A stretch of 54,584 bases of DNA, filler included, from Catajapyx aquilonaris (Eukaryota): the NCBI GenBank assembly GCA_000934665.2. It is 2 parts of 2 records of this genome, joined end to end, with 100 filler letters (N's around TTAATTAATTAA, not from the genome) between each part and the next. Parts side by side here need not be neighbours in the genome. Positions count along the whole stretch, not along the records: positions 27,311 to 54,584 come from JYFJ02005101.1; 1 more part is not named here. The stretch is one strand, 5' to 3'. Position 1 is the stretch's first letter; each line of letters opens with the position of its first letter. This document shows positions 34,192-48,400 of this stretch, in pieces. The position numbers and the translations under genes are program-made. The notes under the pieces were generated by a model. The model was not told where the DNA came from. It saw nothing but the letters and a program-made list of their open reading frames with translations, and ran no database searches.

Positions 34192-37100
34192 TTCAGGGAG
34201 TAAAGTTGTGTGCCTGTAGTACAGCAGTCCTGCATGGCAAAAGAGCCACTTTGGTTGCATACAAGGCCAGGAAAACCCCCATTTCTGAGAAAACTTCCAA
34301 AAGCGGACCTTTCCAACATATTACCCGCAGGAAACACCCCATGTCGACTAAGTTTCTCCGAGTAAGCGGTAAATCCAAAATAGCTGGTAGGGTAATGATC
34401 TGTGAGAGTCAGCAGCTCCTTGGTTGGATGACGTCAGAGGGCTTTTGCGGAAGCGGAAGACGCGCATCATTCTTGCATGCAGGGAGCCATTCTTAGAAGG
34501 AATCGAGTGCTCTATGGCAGGGCCAGCATTCATAAAACAAGGCGGGGCAAAATGGGTCCTAATCGGTTCCATTTCCGGTTTCTGCTCAGGCGCTCAAGGG
34601 TTTCCCTCTGCAGCCTTCATTCCCGTACCACAGCTACTCCTCTTCAATTAATCACGCCTCGCAATGCTGCGCTTAACCACTCTTCCTGCAGATTACCTCT
34701 TTCTACAGTCCGGCTCTCAAAAGGCACCGCTCCTTTTCCACGCCTCGAATGAAAAACATTGTTGCAATGTACGAAAGCCGAAACTATAACTCTGAGAGAA
34801 ATGAGCTGAAATTTTAATGTTAATTTTTACAAATTGTTTCATACACCACAGTAGCAATTTTCAAAATTTTGTTATTAGTCCACCACCATTATCAGTCAAA
34901 CTGGTTCCAGATCGTCTGAAGAGCCAAAAAAAAAGCATTGGCATTCTGCTCAATTAGAAGATTCGTTAGGCAGCATTCCTCCAGTCTCCAAGACTAATTT
35001 CTAACAATGTAACTTATGGGAATCGACCGCCCTGGCGTAAAATTACATCAAAAAATTGCGTCGGAGCATTATCATTGCCGTTGAATTTGTAATGACAAAA
35101 ATCAATCACGTCGGAGGAATGCATTTGAGCGGAAGGGGATGCAACGGGGTCCCATGCAGTTACATGGGGCTCGATCACATTAATTCCCAGCGAGCTTTCA
35201 AAGCCTGGGATTTTTTTTTTCTTTCCGTGTGTTATTGTGTCAGGATCATATTCCCGGATATTGCACTCAAAGCATTACCGGTAATGGTTGAAGTTTTTAG
35301 TATCGACTGCTAATTGCCATGCAGGTCAAAGCACCATATGCGTCATTTCATTTTTTTTTTCACTCCTCAAAGTTACACCAGCTTTTGAATTTTTGGGAAC
35401 CAAAATTTTTTGCAAGCAGCGGGTATCAAAGTGATATTTTGCAATGTAAATGTCAACAACTGTGATCACACTTTGAGAGGGGTGCTAATGCAATACTTTA
35501 CACGGCTGTCGGTACCAATGCTATTAGTGGTTACTCTAACAAGCTTGGAACACGGTCTCACCCACCAGACCCAGAATCTGTGTGAGAAAGGGTAAGTGGC
35601 TTCATTGTACCCATTTTGCCCATACCAGTAACTGGTAAAGAAAAGCCTCATTTAAATCCGTCTGCAATTGACTTAACATAAGTTCGCTAACTGCTGCACA
35701 GGCATTGCGATGTCTGTTTAAATTAATTGTAATAAATACATCCGTTTAAAATAGGTATTGACAAGTTCATCCAACAATCATAGTTAATATGGTTATGAAA
35801 ATTATAAGTAAATTTTTTTTGTAACAATCTTTAGACGATGGGGTGGAAACTACCCTTCACAGAACATTCGCTGACAATTTGCAATAAAAGTACAGTACAA
35901 CCCATTATTTACTTGACACCTTGTTTGAGCACGAACCTACTCAGTTATTTACACCCACACTCCAAAAACCTGCAGCATTCAACAAAAACCCATTGTGGCA
36001 AACAAGTCAGGAGAGACGACATTGATTTTGCAAATGAGTGTCCCCAAAATGAACCCTCCCCCTCTCTAAAATGTGATACCCACCATGCTGGCATTCTCCC
36101 ACCAACCGCTGGTTAGAGTGTACACATACATGCAAGCGGCGTACATGCACGTATCCAATGCGAGTCTGCTAACGACAGTTTTGAGGCCGTTTTACCACAG
36201 ATTGGCAGGAAAAGGGGCGCAGAGTGTGTGTGTGGATATAGTTTGTGGGGGGTGGGGGGTGGGAAAAGCATAGGAGGGGCCATTGACCCTACCCCCTGCC
36301 CCCCTCACGTCAACCTTCATCCCTTCAATCCCCCATACCCTCAGCATCCCAACTCTCGTTCATCACCCTATTCCCAGATGCCCTTTCTCTACCCCACGAA
36401 CCTCAGATTTTGACCTACACCGCACATTTACCCTCCACTTCATCCCTATCTCCCTTTTCCTCCATTGAACCTAGGATATCTCAAGCTGGTCCTGATATTA
36501 TCCGACGGTGGTGGTATATAATTGCATTGTTGCATATTACAATGGGTATCAATCAGAGCGTGACTTTGGTGGGTGAGCTTACCCTTCCATATATGGACAC
36601 TTTCCACAGGACAACAAGTAAGCGTGGTCAATGTGGTCAAAACCTAAGCTTTTGTGATAATATTGATTAGAAGCGCTTACTTTAACCTTAATTAGCAGAA
36701 TTGATGTTTGTCAGGACCCGTGGCTCTAAAAAGGTTTTAAATTGTAAAATCAACACCATGTTGCAACGCCAAAATTAACTGCTTTAGGAACGTGCATTTT
36801 TTTGTATAATTTGTTTGGTAGAAGGGTCAAAGAGAAACCTGAGCTTTAATAACAGTATCGCCCATGAAGAGAAAACCGCATAAAATGAAACACCAGAGTT
36901 ATACCAACCACATGTGAAGGATGGGAGAACAAAAAATTTAACTACAAAAAAACCAGAATCATATCAATATTTTTCAAAAAAAGTGTCAATAATTTTTTGT
37001 CGTTTTTGTACTACAACCTGCTACACAAAAAGGCCTCAACAATATTTTTTTGTTCTTTCTTACAAAACAATGAGGCTCAAAATAGATAACCAACCAACAA

Positions 37101-38300
37101 CCATGCAAAAAAAAAATGAAAGCATGACATCCATTTTTTTAAAACTCAGAAAACAAACCCTACTGACTCGTTACAATAAGTACCGTAGAGTTGCATCCAT
37201 CAAAACAAGCCCCACGTACACTGCAAAATGTCGCACAACACTGCTCGCTCTGTTTAGACAACAACAAAAAAAAAGTTAATCAACGGTCAACGCACCGCAT
37301 AGTGAAGCTTGATGTTTCCGAAATCCCAGTTGCAGCAATTTATTCCGATTTGGCGATACCAACGCAAACAAGAATCAGGATGCAAAAAAGCATGCAGTTT
37401 ATCCGCTCCCATATTTCTCTTCCAACCTCATACATATGATCAAAAATTCACAAATTTTTTTAACGTCCCACTTGTTTTTTTTAAACATGTTGTATTACTC
37501 TCTAACGTCGGTAATTCATTGGAAAACATGTTTCAAGCTAAGGATTATATGTTATTGTACACTAGGCCTAAAAGTGCAAGACGCTAAGGAAGCAGAGAGG
37601 ATTTCTCATTAAAACTTTCGGTTGGAGTTAGGTTTTGGGATGATGCTAGCACACTGAAGAGGCTTGCAGAGCAGCATCCAATCCTAGCTAGAGAGCTAGC
37701 CACTCAACCCCCCCCCCCCCAGCCCTTCCCCCGCCCCTTTCGCCCTCCTCAAAGCCTCCATCTCAAACTCGAGACGTGCAATTGTGCCATGAAAAGTTTA
37801 TTTAACTGTCCGACCAGCTCGAACGTGTCGGGACTTTCACCCTTCATCCGCCCCCTCCCCCCCATCGCAACACAAACAACATTTTCCGGACACCCCCCCC
37901 TCCTGATCACAAATTTCCGTTGGTCGAGAGGGGGAGAAGAGACTGTGGCGGATTAAGGATTAAGAATGATTAGGTAGCCATCCATGGATCGTGACGAGGA
38001 ATCATGATGCTAGACTCATCTGGGGGATTTCCTCGTCACGTATACCGGATCCTTGTAATCATTTTCAGTCAAATGTTTTATCGATTTTGAACACCGGATA
38101 CTCTAACCTAGTTTTAAAGTTAATCTTCTGGTAATGCTTATTTCCTTTATGGACTTCTAATCATCTTTTTAAACAATTAGGTGGCTGGGGGTAAACATAA
38201 CAGTGCATTTACAGGGAGTAAACTGTTGTTTAATTGTCGAATCAGCGGGTAATAACAACGGTGTTCCATTTTTATTACATTATATTTGATGATACAGCGA

Positions 38301-38539
38301 CAGCCAGTGTTAATCCTAAACGTGTGGGTAGAGGGCGCAGGTGTGAGCATTTTTGCATAAAGAACTAGGGGTCGGAAACGCACCCTCACCGAGTCACACG
38401 AGTCTTGCACACGGCCTGCCGCAAACTTGAAAGGGGCGTAACTAGGTGAGGGTACGTTTCCGACCCCTAGTTCCTTATGCAAAAATGCTGCGCCCTCTAC
38501 CACCACCTTTTCTGGTAACATGCTTAGGATTAACACTAT
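38301..38539. mobile_element. Second copy of the 31326 mariner-type MITE (centre in opposite orientation)
   Basis: gtgttaatcctaa..ggtagagggcgcaggtgtgagcatttttgcataa.. / ..tgcttaggattaacac. Confidence 0.8.
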
Positions 38540-39101
38540 ATTGTATTGATATGATGTGATTTTAACACTTATTTTATTTGATTAATTTGATTATTTTAAC
38601 CGATTATGTTTGTTTAGGTTTGGCCATAACAATGCTTTTTCCTCTATTTCACTTCCGATTTAAATCCGCCCACTAGTTCTAGCAATTAGGATTGGAGATT
38701 CACTCAACCCCAAACAGCTCCATTTCCAAGTGTTGGCCCCCTTCCATTCCGGTTCCCCCTTTTCCCCAAATTCGGTCCCGGAATTAAAACCTAGCCATTG
38801 CCACCTATTCGAGAGGTCCCCCATTGCCCACATTTTTGTGGCGATACAACTGCTGTGTTTGCCAGGGACACACTCTGGGTTGGGATAGCCTGAGATATTC
38901 GATAGGACATATCCCCCGTTTTTCCCAACGACTCGCAAATGGAAAATTACCGATAACTACTGCAGAGTCTACTCAGGGAACTTCAAGCACAGAAAGGAAT
39001 TTTCGCAAAACCTAATTGGATTTCAGACCATTGTGCTGTGGAGGGAAAAAATGGGGACAAAGTTTGTAGGCTATTAGTTTAATTTCGGTCACACCCTTTA
39101 A

Positions 39102-39600
39102 AGGGACACGCCACTCAAAATACAAGTTGATCTGTAAAATCAGGCAAAACATCCTGATTCCGGTGATACCATCCGTTTATCTCTGAGACGAACGGTAATG
39201 TCAGGGGAAGAGACGAAAGTCGGAAAAAATTCGAGGTCTGTTCGAGAGTGGCGCCGCCTAGCCACCTGGACAAGTTAGGCGACGTTGGATAGAGCGCCGC
39301 CCTTCCCAACGGCGACTTGGATAAGTTGCCTGCGGGTATGGGGATCCGTGGGGATCCGGTTGTGTCCGAAGCCAACTTCCCCTAGTGACCGTTGGGAAGG
39401 GCGGCGCTCTATCCAACGTCGCCTAACTTGGCCAGGTGGCCAGGCGGCGCCACTCTCGAACAGACCTCTAATTTTTTCCGACTTTCGTCTCTTCCCCTGA
39501 CATTACCGTTCGTCTCAGAGATAAACGGATGGTATCACCGGAATCAGGATTTTTTGCCTGATTTTTACAGATCAACTTGTATTTTGAGTGGAGTGTCCCT
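39102..39600. mobile_element. Kolobok-like palindromic MITE
   Basis: TTAA TSD; AGGGACAC...GTGTCCCT termini; ~210-bp near-perfect inverted arms. Confidence 0.85.
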
Positions 39601-40598
39601 TTAACAATGTTCTATACACCAATTTTCAGTACACTTCGCAAAATAATCTGCATTGTAGTGTTTATCACTTTTATAAGGCCATCTTGAAGATTCCCTTCGC
39701 CGACCACCATTTTTCCACAGCATCCATTTTTATACCGGCCTCGACTTCCGGCATGGAGTATCATGTTTACTGCCAATTATATATCCAATAACAGTCCCCA
39801 TGCTACCTGAAACCTTTCTCGACGCCCATAACTTCCGAGTCCACTTTACTACCTTGCAGATTTGCCCTTGCACACACACTTCCCCCCCTAGCTTTCAACG
39901 ACTCCCACGACGTATTTAATTTATATTACTACCTACTTTAATTTAATTTACAACCCAGACTGTATTTAAGCTACCGGTTTGCCCCTAATATTGAAGTCCC
40001 ATAAAGTCCTGGGCTCAATTTCCTTCCAGGCTTGTAAATGAAATGGGTTACAGCCTCCCCCCAAATTTCTCATTAAGCCAGACGACGAACGTACACTTAC
40101 GTTCTTTTTAAGGCCCATCTTTTCCGCATTTTGACTTGTGCGCTCGCCGGCGCTTTGTGGCGGGGATAAGAGGATGAACAAAGGGAACCGGGCCCATCAA
40201 AAAAGTGACTCTGAATTTTTACCAAGGATGCCCAGAACCGTGGCGGCATTACTGAAAAAAAAAAGAAATTGAATCAGGGTGATGTCGTGTGGACACCCAC
40301 ACAATTTTGGGTTGCTAAACAATATGCACATGGAATTGGGTTAGCACAGTTAATTCACTAGGGAGTAAAATGATATTATGTGTGAGTACAGTACAAACGC
40401 CGGTTGCAATTGAATCAGCATTGTACTGTACCCTATAAAAACCAGGTCAGAGTTGGAATGTACGAGTATGTATACACATGTAGTAATGTTTAAATAAATA
40501 TTGGCACTGAATTAAAATTAACACTTAATTAATCCAAGCGGTAGCTGTACATTTTGTGTAATTTTGCGTAGGTTACCTTCGTTAATTAGCAATTACTT

Positions 40599-40760
40599 AC
40601 AATTGCACCTGTGTCCCCTCCCCAAAAATCCCTATCCTTACCCCCATGTCCTTTCATCCTTGCACCGGAGTTAGAAAGAAATTCAGAAAAATTGCAGGAA
40701 AAATGGTGGTATTCCACGCCCCTAAGGGCCTACGGCCCTATCACGGGGTTACGTAAAAAA
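40599..40760 (+). mobile_element. 5'-truncated SINE (family C 3' half)
   Basis: 15-bp TSD aattagcaattactt (40584-40598, 40761-40775); aligns to the reverse complement of 18255-18395. Confidence 0.8.
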
Positions 40761-40998
40761 AATTAGCAATTACTTCGATTTTTGGTCTGAAACGCGTGAT
40801 TGTTCTTACAATAAAAACGAAGCATAATTATTATGATATCGTGATATTCGAAATATGAATATGATATCTCCAAAGAGCTGGACATCGATTACTCGAACGC
40901 CTACCTTGCTGGCTACCCGGCGAACAAGAGAGCCCCTTGGGTTGCCCTGGTAAGCTAGGATGATCTTCCACTTCCGTTGCCCAGGTGAATGTGTCCTC

Positions 40999-41040
40999 AA
41001 ATAAATAAACAAATAAATAAATAAATAAATAAATAAATAA
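40999..41040. repeat. (AAAT)n microsatellite, possibly a retroelement tail
   Basis: Directly visible. Confidence 0.9.
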
Positions 41041-42814
41041 GTAAAATATTTTTATCAAAATGGATTTGATATTGTTTCACCATAAGGCATCTTATTAATA
41101 CAACCCTCGTAATATGACAAAACAACAATAATATCATAGCATATTTTCATTTCTAATAATGTTTAACTTCAAAGTAGGTAAATAAAGCTGTGTGTGCAAG
41201 TCGCTTCAGCATTATCATTTAAAAAGTTTTCATCGGCACAGTTTTAAAAATACGTGGCACCTTAAAAGGAAACTGTAAAGTATTAGTGCCAACAACTTCT
41301 CCAATACCCCGTCGTTTAGACCCATTCTCCAGTTCTTAATCCGCCCTTTGAAACAAAGTATCAGGCCTTTTTCTCTTGGAAAAAGGCGCACTTTGTTTAT
41401 TATATTAAATGGATGAAAAGCAGAGGCGCCCTTCTCCATCCCAAGGGAGGGATCGAAATCAGCAATTTTCCTGAATGCAAAATTTCTTTCCAGGAAAAAA
41501 GGCCCGGACAAATCGGCAACTCTCAGTCGATGGCATATCACCTGAGAGCAGCTGGGGTCTCGATGCCTCCTTTTTTTCCAGGAACGTCACACGATTTTCC
41601 CGCTCCCTTTATTTCCTATTCCTATACCTTTCCCCTATACCTCAGGGGATGTCACTCTTCTTGAATTGGATACAAGCAATGCTTATTCAAATTGAAAGGA
41701 TCAAAATGGGATTTTGGCTTCCATCGCTTTTCTTGGGACATGTCAGTGTCATTATCGTCTGATACATTCGTCGACTTTAATGCAACGGTTTAACTGTGGA
41801 ATTTAAGCTCCACCCAACATCAACACCAACTTGACGAAAAAAAAAAATTGCGAATCTTAATTTTAAACCAGCTCTCGTGTATACTTCAGGCAGCAATTTC
41901 CGGGTCTCACGTTACCCCGTCCATGTACAAAACTTAAAGTGGCAATTTCCAGCCGTGTCATATTAGACCCAGCAGCATGCACATGCAAAACCCCCTTTTT
42001 CCCCCCTTCCCAACGCGACAAATACGGTAAATGCACCTGTCCACCTTCCTTGTCCGCAGAGCCATTTTCAAGATTAAAGTAATCATCACGCCTCATTGCC
42101 CCGCGCTCTCATTTGCGGTGCCTAACCATGGAACTACACTATTCCAGAATTAAATCTTCAAATGAAAGGATAGAACTTTCCAATAGGATTTCTACAGTGT
42201 GTTCCATAATGTAGCTCCATATGCTATGCTATATAATAAATATCCATATGACAAAATAGTAAAATAATTATGAAATAAATAAATTATTGTTTTACTAGAC
42301 ATTGTTGGCAGTATCAGAACACCCTGTAAGTTTCTCAAAAAAAAATTACTTTTTATATCCCCCTATTTCTAGCCCCCAGTAGCTCCTAAGACTAGCTAGT
42401 ACCTTATTTCCTCTTTGTATTGATTTTGCCCCCCACGGTGCCTAACATTCTATAGCTTTACACTATTCTCCTAGAGTTTTTTTATATCATTTTCTTGTAC
42501 TTTCAGGAAGACCCACTGCCTGTAGCAGATTTGCCACCGTAGACCGGATATCCTTAGATATCCTCTCGCTCCTGAGCTTATTTTAATGGAGGTTCCATAA
42601 ATGGGCTCGGACCTTATCCTATACATTATATGCTCAAAATGGTCCATAAAGAACGGATTTTTTTTGGAACCGACTATAGTCCATGAATTAATTTCTAAAC
42701 TACATATATTTGTTGGAGAAGCCACGGGCCACCCTGCAGTCTCCCAGAATAAAAAAAAAAATCCTAGAGATTTTGGCAGTCTCCAAGCCGCAGATTTGTT
42801 CGCCTGACGCTCGC

Positions 42815-43530
42815 GGGTTTTTTACGACCAAACTTGGGCGACAGAAGATGACGCACGGCAGCTGTGTCGGTGACGTCGCGAGGCACCGGCCAATAACCAG
42901 ACCAGAAATTACTAGCACCAGGGTCATAAGGAAAAGAATATGCGGCGAATTCGCAAACATTGCGGTTGAGAATAAATCTTAGATATTGTGACAGTCGACC
43001 CCATCGACGTTAGAGGAGGAAGTTGCTCATGAGAAAAGAGGTTGAGGAACGTTCAATAAACATTCCATCTAAGAAGAAAGACAAGCACAAGTGTCGAACT
43101 GCCATCACAAACTTCACAATTTAAATGAATTTGAGGGGGATGGAAACTTTGTCGCTGGGGAAGGTTTTTGGCGCCAGTTACCATGGAAAAGGGGGGAAGA
43201 CGGTGCAGATTGCGGAAGCTGGGATTCTCCAAGTCAGAAACCGCCTCCAGGGAGCATCATGAGAAACGACTTCATTTTCTCCGACTCAGCCTTTATGAAG
43301 AAGGCATACGGCATGTATACCTTGCCATACAAAGCTGAGGAAATATGGAGTAGTTTGCAGCAGGTCAAGACTCATGATATGTAAGGAGAGGATTGTTTCT
43401 ACTTCAAGCATAACCAATAAAGCCTCAAGATCACATTTCTGGTTGTTAATGAAGAAATTGTCACGGGGGCCAATATTCCGGGGGCTAAAAGGCCGGAGGC
43501 GAAACGGCGGGGACGAAAAGTCCGGATCCC
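42815..43530 (+). mobile_element. Decayed, internally deleted MULE/Mutator-like element with right TIR
   Basis: Frame-shifted peptides FTTKLGRQKM, HFLRLSLYEE and TLPYKAEEIWSSLQ..*GEDCF resemble the N-terminal part of insect MULE transposases; terminal gggggccaatattccggggg..ggacgaaaagtccggatccc. Confidence 0.45.
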
Positions 43531-44043
43531 GCTGTTAACTGCGGTCAGCATTGAACCCAACCTTCAGTTGTTTTTTAAAATAAACTGAGGGTCAATTTAA
43601 TTAATTAGTGTCGCCGCAACACTTAACAGAAAGTCATTAGTGCAAGATGTTGCACTTCCGGAGCCGGAGGAAAATGAAGGAAAGCAGTAATTACACCACG
43701 TGTCAACATTACGAGCAAATTAGGGCTACCTGCAGAGCAGCACGAGTGCGCCTGAACCACTCTCTCCTCAGGGGTCTTTAAAAAAGTTTGGCCCTCCCTA
43801 ATAACATTCTCCGAGGTCTTGTGTAGCTTAGCATGATCCAGAAAGTGGTGTCAAGTTAGTTCCATGGAACACTGCCAAAATGTCGCCGTCGGGTCGAGAA
43901 AAGCAGTTCATGAAAATCAGGAATTGCAGAGACGCTTGCATCACCCGATGTCTCGACTACAACTGGAGCAAAATGTCCCAAATGAAAAATTTTAAATAAA
44001 TTACGAGTTATTACAATTTCGTAAGTTGAGTCATTTGTTGGCT

Positions 44044-44089
<46 letters not shown>

Positions 44090-44176
44090 GAGTAGGAGTA
44101 GGAGGAGTAGGAGTAGTAGTAGTAGTAGTAGTAGGAGTAGGAGTAGGAGTAGTAGTAGTAGGAGTAGGAGTAGGAG

Positions 44177-44212
<36 letters not shown>

Positions 44213-44214
44213 TA
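44044..44214. repeat. Compound (GTA)n/(GGAGTA)n microsatellite
   Basis: Directly visible. Confidence 0.95.
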
Positions 44215-45371
44215 ATTATTTATGTTTAAACTTATTATACGGTATTTTAATATTATGTAACAGTGATATTTTTATAATTTCCCATACACGTCAGTATACT
44301 GTGTGTTTCATATTTTATTGGGATGAATGTCACTTGCTTCTGTACAGTACCCTCCCTTGCAAATCGCAGTTTTACATAGATTGTCCGAAAACTCATTTAG
44401 GTCTGGTTGCACCATCGCGGATTAGGCTGGAAACCCCGGGATTACCATTGTTATTAATTGTTGGGCAGCAATTAACTAACAATGGTAACCGCTGCGTTTC
44501 GAGCCAAAACCCACCCGATGGTGCCACCCCGTCCTTAATGGATTTTTCAACAATATTTATGATTACATGGACGCATGACAGGAACGTCCGCAAATATCAC
44601 CCATACCAATGTGACCTATTGCTATATGTATTAAAATGATTGTGACGTTTATCTCAGACGATCCACCCTTTTCTATATAGCCAAGGACTTCCGATCGATT
44701 CCATTTTTGTACATCGGTTCTTTCTCCAGAGTCGGCAGAGTGTATGAATCACCATTAAATGACTGATGGCATAACGTCAGTTCGATTGTTGCAACTCTCT
44801 GATTAAATGCACTTTTTTTTCTAGGTTGTCGCTTCGGGATTAGAAGAGGGGGTCTGAGAAGCGATAGATGGGGACGCTTTGAGTATTGCCTCAGGAAATT
44901 TGCCAGAAGGAGATTTAGAGCTGGTCGTAGCTCACTCGGCGCTAATTACGGCACCTAACTTGGTTGTTTGGGCCGGGAGGCAAGATGATATGAGCTTGGT
45001 CCCAAAGTTATCGCTTGCCCCTCCTACCCCAGCACCCATCCCACCCCCGCAGCTCTCCCAAGGACTAAAGAAGAGAAGATCCATTTCTTTCCGGACACTT
45101 TGCCAGCTTTACGCTGCTAATCTCCGGCGGCACTTCCGAAGAGACTTACGCCAGTGGTCCGGAGTCGGCTTTACTGCCTGGAACATCATGGCTGCTGGGA
45201 GACGATAGCCTAAACAACTGCTTCACATTCGATCCACCCAGATGCACCCCTGTGGTAAAACCTGACCTGGACGCACAAGTGTAGTCACTAGATGGTGCTG
45301 GTGGTTGTGGCTAGTGCGCAGGTGCGAGAAAGCAGCCAATAAGAACGGCTGTTGAATGACGTCGCAGTAGA

Positions 45372-45477
45372 TATAAGGTAACATGACACCACCTGTATAC
45401 AGTAACATGACACCACCTGTATAAGGTAACATGACACCACCTGTATACGGTAACATGACACCACCTGTATAAGGTAA
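45372..45477. repeat. 24-bp minisatellite, ~4.4 copies
   Basis: Unit tata(a/c)(g/a)gtaacatgacaccacctg, head to tail. Confidence 0.9.
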
Positions 45478-48400
45478 ACTTGACAACACCATAATTTTCT
45501 CCGAGAAATTTGCCTTTCAGATTTTCAAAATCCAGGACTTTTCACATATTTCAGGGAAGTGTGTACTGACCAAGAGCCGTTTGGGCCAAAGAAGGGTTCT
45601 TCCTGTCTCATGTTATGCCATGAGGCCTCGACTAAGCTCGACATAAAGCCCATTTTAGCCATACTATCCAGCAACAAAAGTAGGTCGGAACTGTCTGAAT
45701 GCCTCTGGAGCCCTTAAATCTAGCACTAGTTCCTTCATTCCCTTGCAGATGTCGCGTATATCATCCAAGTTTATTACCTCCCCCAGAGCCGCTTTGCTTC
45801 GCCACTGGTCCCATTCGTTAACTCGGTGCATTTTGAGTGTAGGTCCACGTCGTTAAACCCCCATCTGCAAAATGTTATTAGGCATTCCTTGCACCCTTTG
45901 CACACACACAAAAAAAAGCGAAGCTGCTGCAAGTAGAGGCCCTCCTTTACTAATTCGCCTCTTGAATAGCTGTTAAAACTGAGGATCCCGAAAAGCAGGC
46001 AAACATGCAGGAATTTCCATTATCCGGTGGGGGTTGGAAGGAGGCAGCAGACTTAAGATCAATTTTAACGAGCGGAACATGCAGTTGCCTACAATGACAA
46101 ATGGTGAGACTGGAGGTTGGCAAGAGGATGCAAAAGGGGGGATGCCTTGGTGAAGGCCTCACGTCCAACTCAGAGCCACAGCAATCGATGGGCTAGCTGT
46201 GGTGTGCTGCTGCCTTGCCTGCCGCACCACCGATGGGCGTAGTTGGCAAGGGCACCAGGCCAACTCTAGTCTGCGCCATATCTGAGACCTACCAACCCAG
46301 TATATTGTGAAACACCCACAGACTTTTCTTGGGAACCAACAGCAGCGAAAATCTTGAGATCTGAGCAGCCCCATCCGTAAACAAACCTCTGAACAGAGCC
46401 ATCTACTGCTGGACCACATGAAATCAGAGCTTACAACCCCATGCATTGTCATTTAAAAATGTATAGTCCAACTCTGGCAAAATCCACGTTCTTTATAATT
46501 TCACAACCCTCTGCAATTTCCCACGCCCATCTGACATTTTCCCCTCTGCATAATGCACCCTGTACCGACAACCCTCCCCTCCTCCCATACCCAATAAACA
46601 CGACACCAAACCGAAACCCGACACTTATTGGCAGTCTGTGTGACCATGCAGAATGTCACTCGGGCTCAATTAGGCGCTTGTAGGCCTCGACTGATATTGG
46701 TGCTTCTTCCTGACGGTCCCTGGCTTGTAATAACCTTCCAGCTATAAATCTACAGGAGGGTTAAGAAGCTCGTAGTGATTCGAGCTGCATCAAGAACGAC
46801 GGTCCCTCAGCCAATATGGCCACCCGACAGGACGTAAATGAGCTATAAAAAAATGGGGGAGAATTTGGGGGGAATCCTACTCAGAAATGAGTCTGCTTGG
46901 AAGAAGAGGATAAGTAAAGGTCAGACTTATGAAATGACTTGTTTCTGCTTATATGTAGTAGGGATATGAACAAAAAAAAATTGGAGTAAAATACCATCAG
47001 CCAATTGGAATAGCAAAGGTACATCTGAAATAGCACTGTCTTAATAAATAAAAGATATCCAAGTCTTCTCATAAATATTAAAAGGTGACTGTGCGAGAGG
47101 ACAGTTTGACCTAGTTCCATGTGTCCAACTTATAATTATTTAAAGTGCTAACTAACAATGACAGCACTGTATTCTAGCATTTTTACTGCAGTTTACCTTA
47201 ATAAAATTCTGCTAGGTTTTTAATCACTTTTGTTCCTTCGTTTAATGTGAACACAAATTTGGTACGAAAAATAATTAATGAAATATGGGCTTTCTTCTCT
47301 GAAGCGCCCTACTTCAGTTAAAAACTTGAGGCAAGAATAACTCTCGCCATTAACGACTAAAAATAAAATTTAAAAAAAGCGGTAGAGAACATTTGGGGAA
47401 GAAATATCGCTCTTCTGGTAATTTATTCCTTGCTGGTTATCTAAATATAGCCATAAAAAGTACGTTAACCCCATCCGCAGGTTTGCTTCGGTAAAAATGC
47501 ATTATTAGTGCCGTAAGGTATATATGCTCCTGGGATTTAAAGTAAAAAGCTGCTACTTTCCAGACCTGTAATGGGCTCCTTTCAAAAACTTTAAAGATGG
47601 TAGTTGCTATGAGCACGTTTCCAATTTTTGCTTCCATATACACCTAATTAATATTAAAGCGAAACCTCCCTCCCACTTTTAGCCATTCCGGCCGACATAA
47701 TGAAATCAGAATAAAAACCGGCAGCGAAATTAAAACCATTGCATATTTTATCTCCAACAACACTTTCCCACTTTTTTTTTAAAAAAAAAAAGGCCAAGGA
47801 ATGAAAATGCTACATACCCCCACAAAACCCAGAAAATATTCGCAAATTTGCGTGCAATTTTCAAATCCGCTTTACTACCAGATTTATTACCAGCAAACAA
47901 ATTTTTGTATGTGAACCAATCTAAGTGATATGTCTTTCACCAAAAAAAAGGCTTTGAGGTCAGACCCATCATAAAGCATCATTACCAAGACTCAGCTCCG
48001 GAATATATTATACTTCAAGCACTATTTTTACGATCTACTTCTTAATACACCTCGCTAAATCACAGTGTTAATGTTCGTCGCTTCCCGCTAGAAACCCTTT
48101 GCCCTTTTTACAGTATCTCTTCATAAAAGGAATCGCTTTGCCCTTCTCCACTTTTTTTTTCCACTCTCAAATCTGAGGCTCTTACTATTAAGTGTGTTTG
48201 AAGATGGATTCCCAGTGCAAAGTGGGTGAAGAGTTGGGGCCGGATTTTCAAGATGAATCAACAGACTGAGCGGAAATCTCTCAGAACAACCCCCATATTG
48301 ATCCCTCCCCAAAGCAGCAGCCTTTTACTATAAAGTAATAATCTCATGCTCCTATCCAGAGAAAATCCTATTGCAATTTGCAGGTAATGCAATGTAAGCG

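Noticed and set aside
39115..39604. Pair of similar ORFs on opposite strands
   Set aside because: Artefact of the palindromic Kolobok-like MITE
42987..43465. Solo LTR (tgtgaca...tgtcacg)
   Set aside because: The right 'end' is part of the MULE-like TIR shared with 27423, and there is no TSD
44026..44229. Poly-Val/Gly membrane-like ORF
   Set aside because: Translation of a (GTA)n microsatellite
45372..45477. CRISPR-like array
   Set aside because: Head-to-tail 24-bp units with no unique spacers, eukaryotic context, no cas genes
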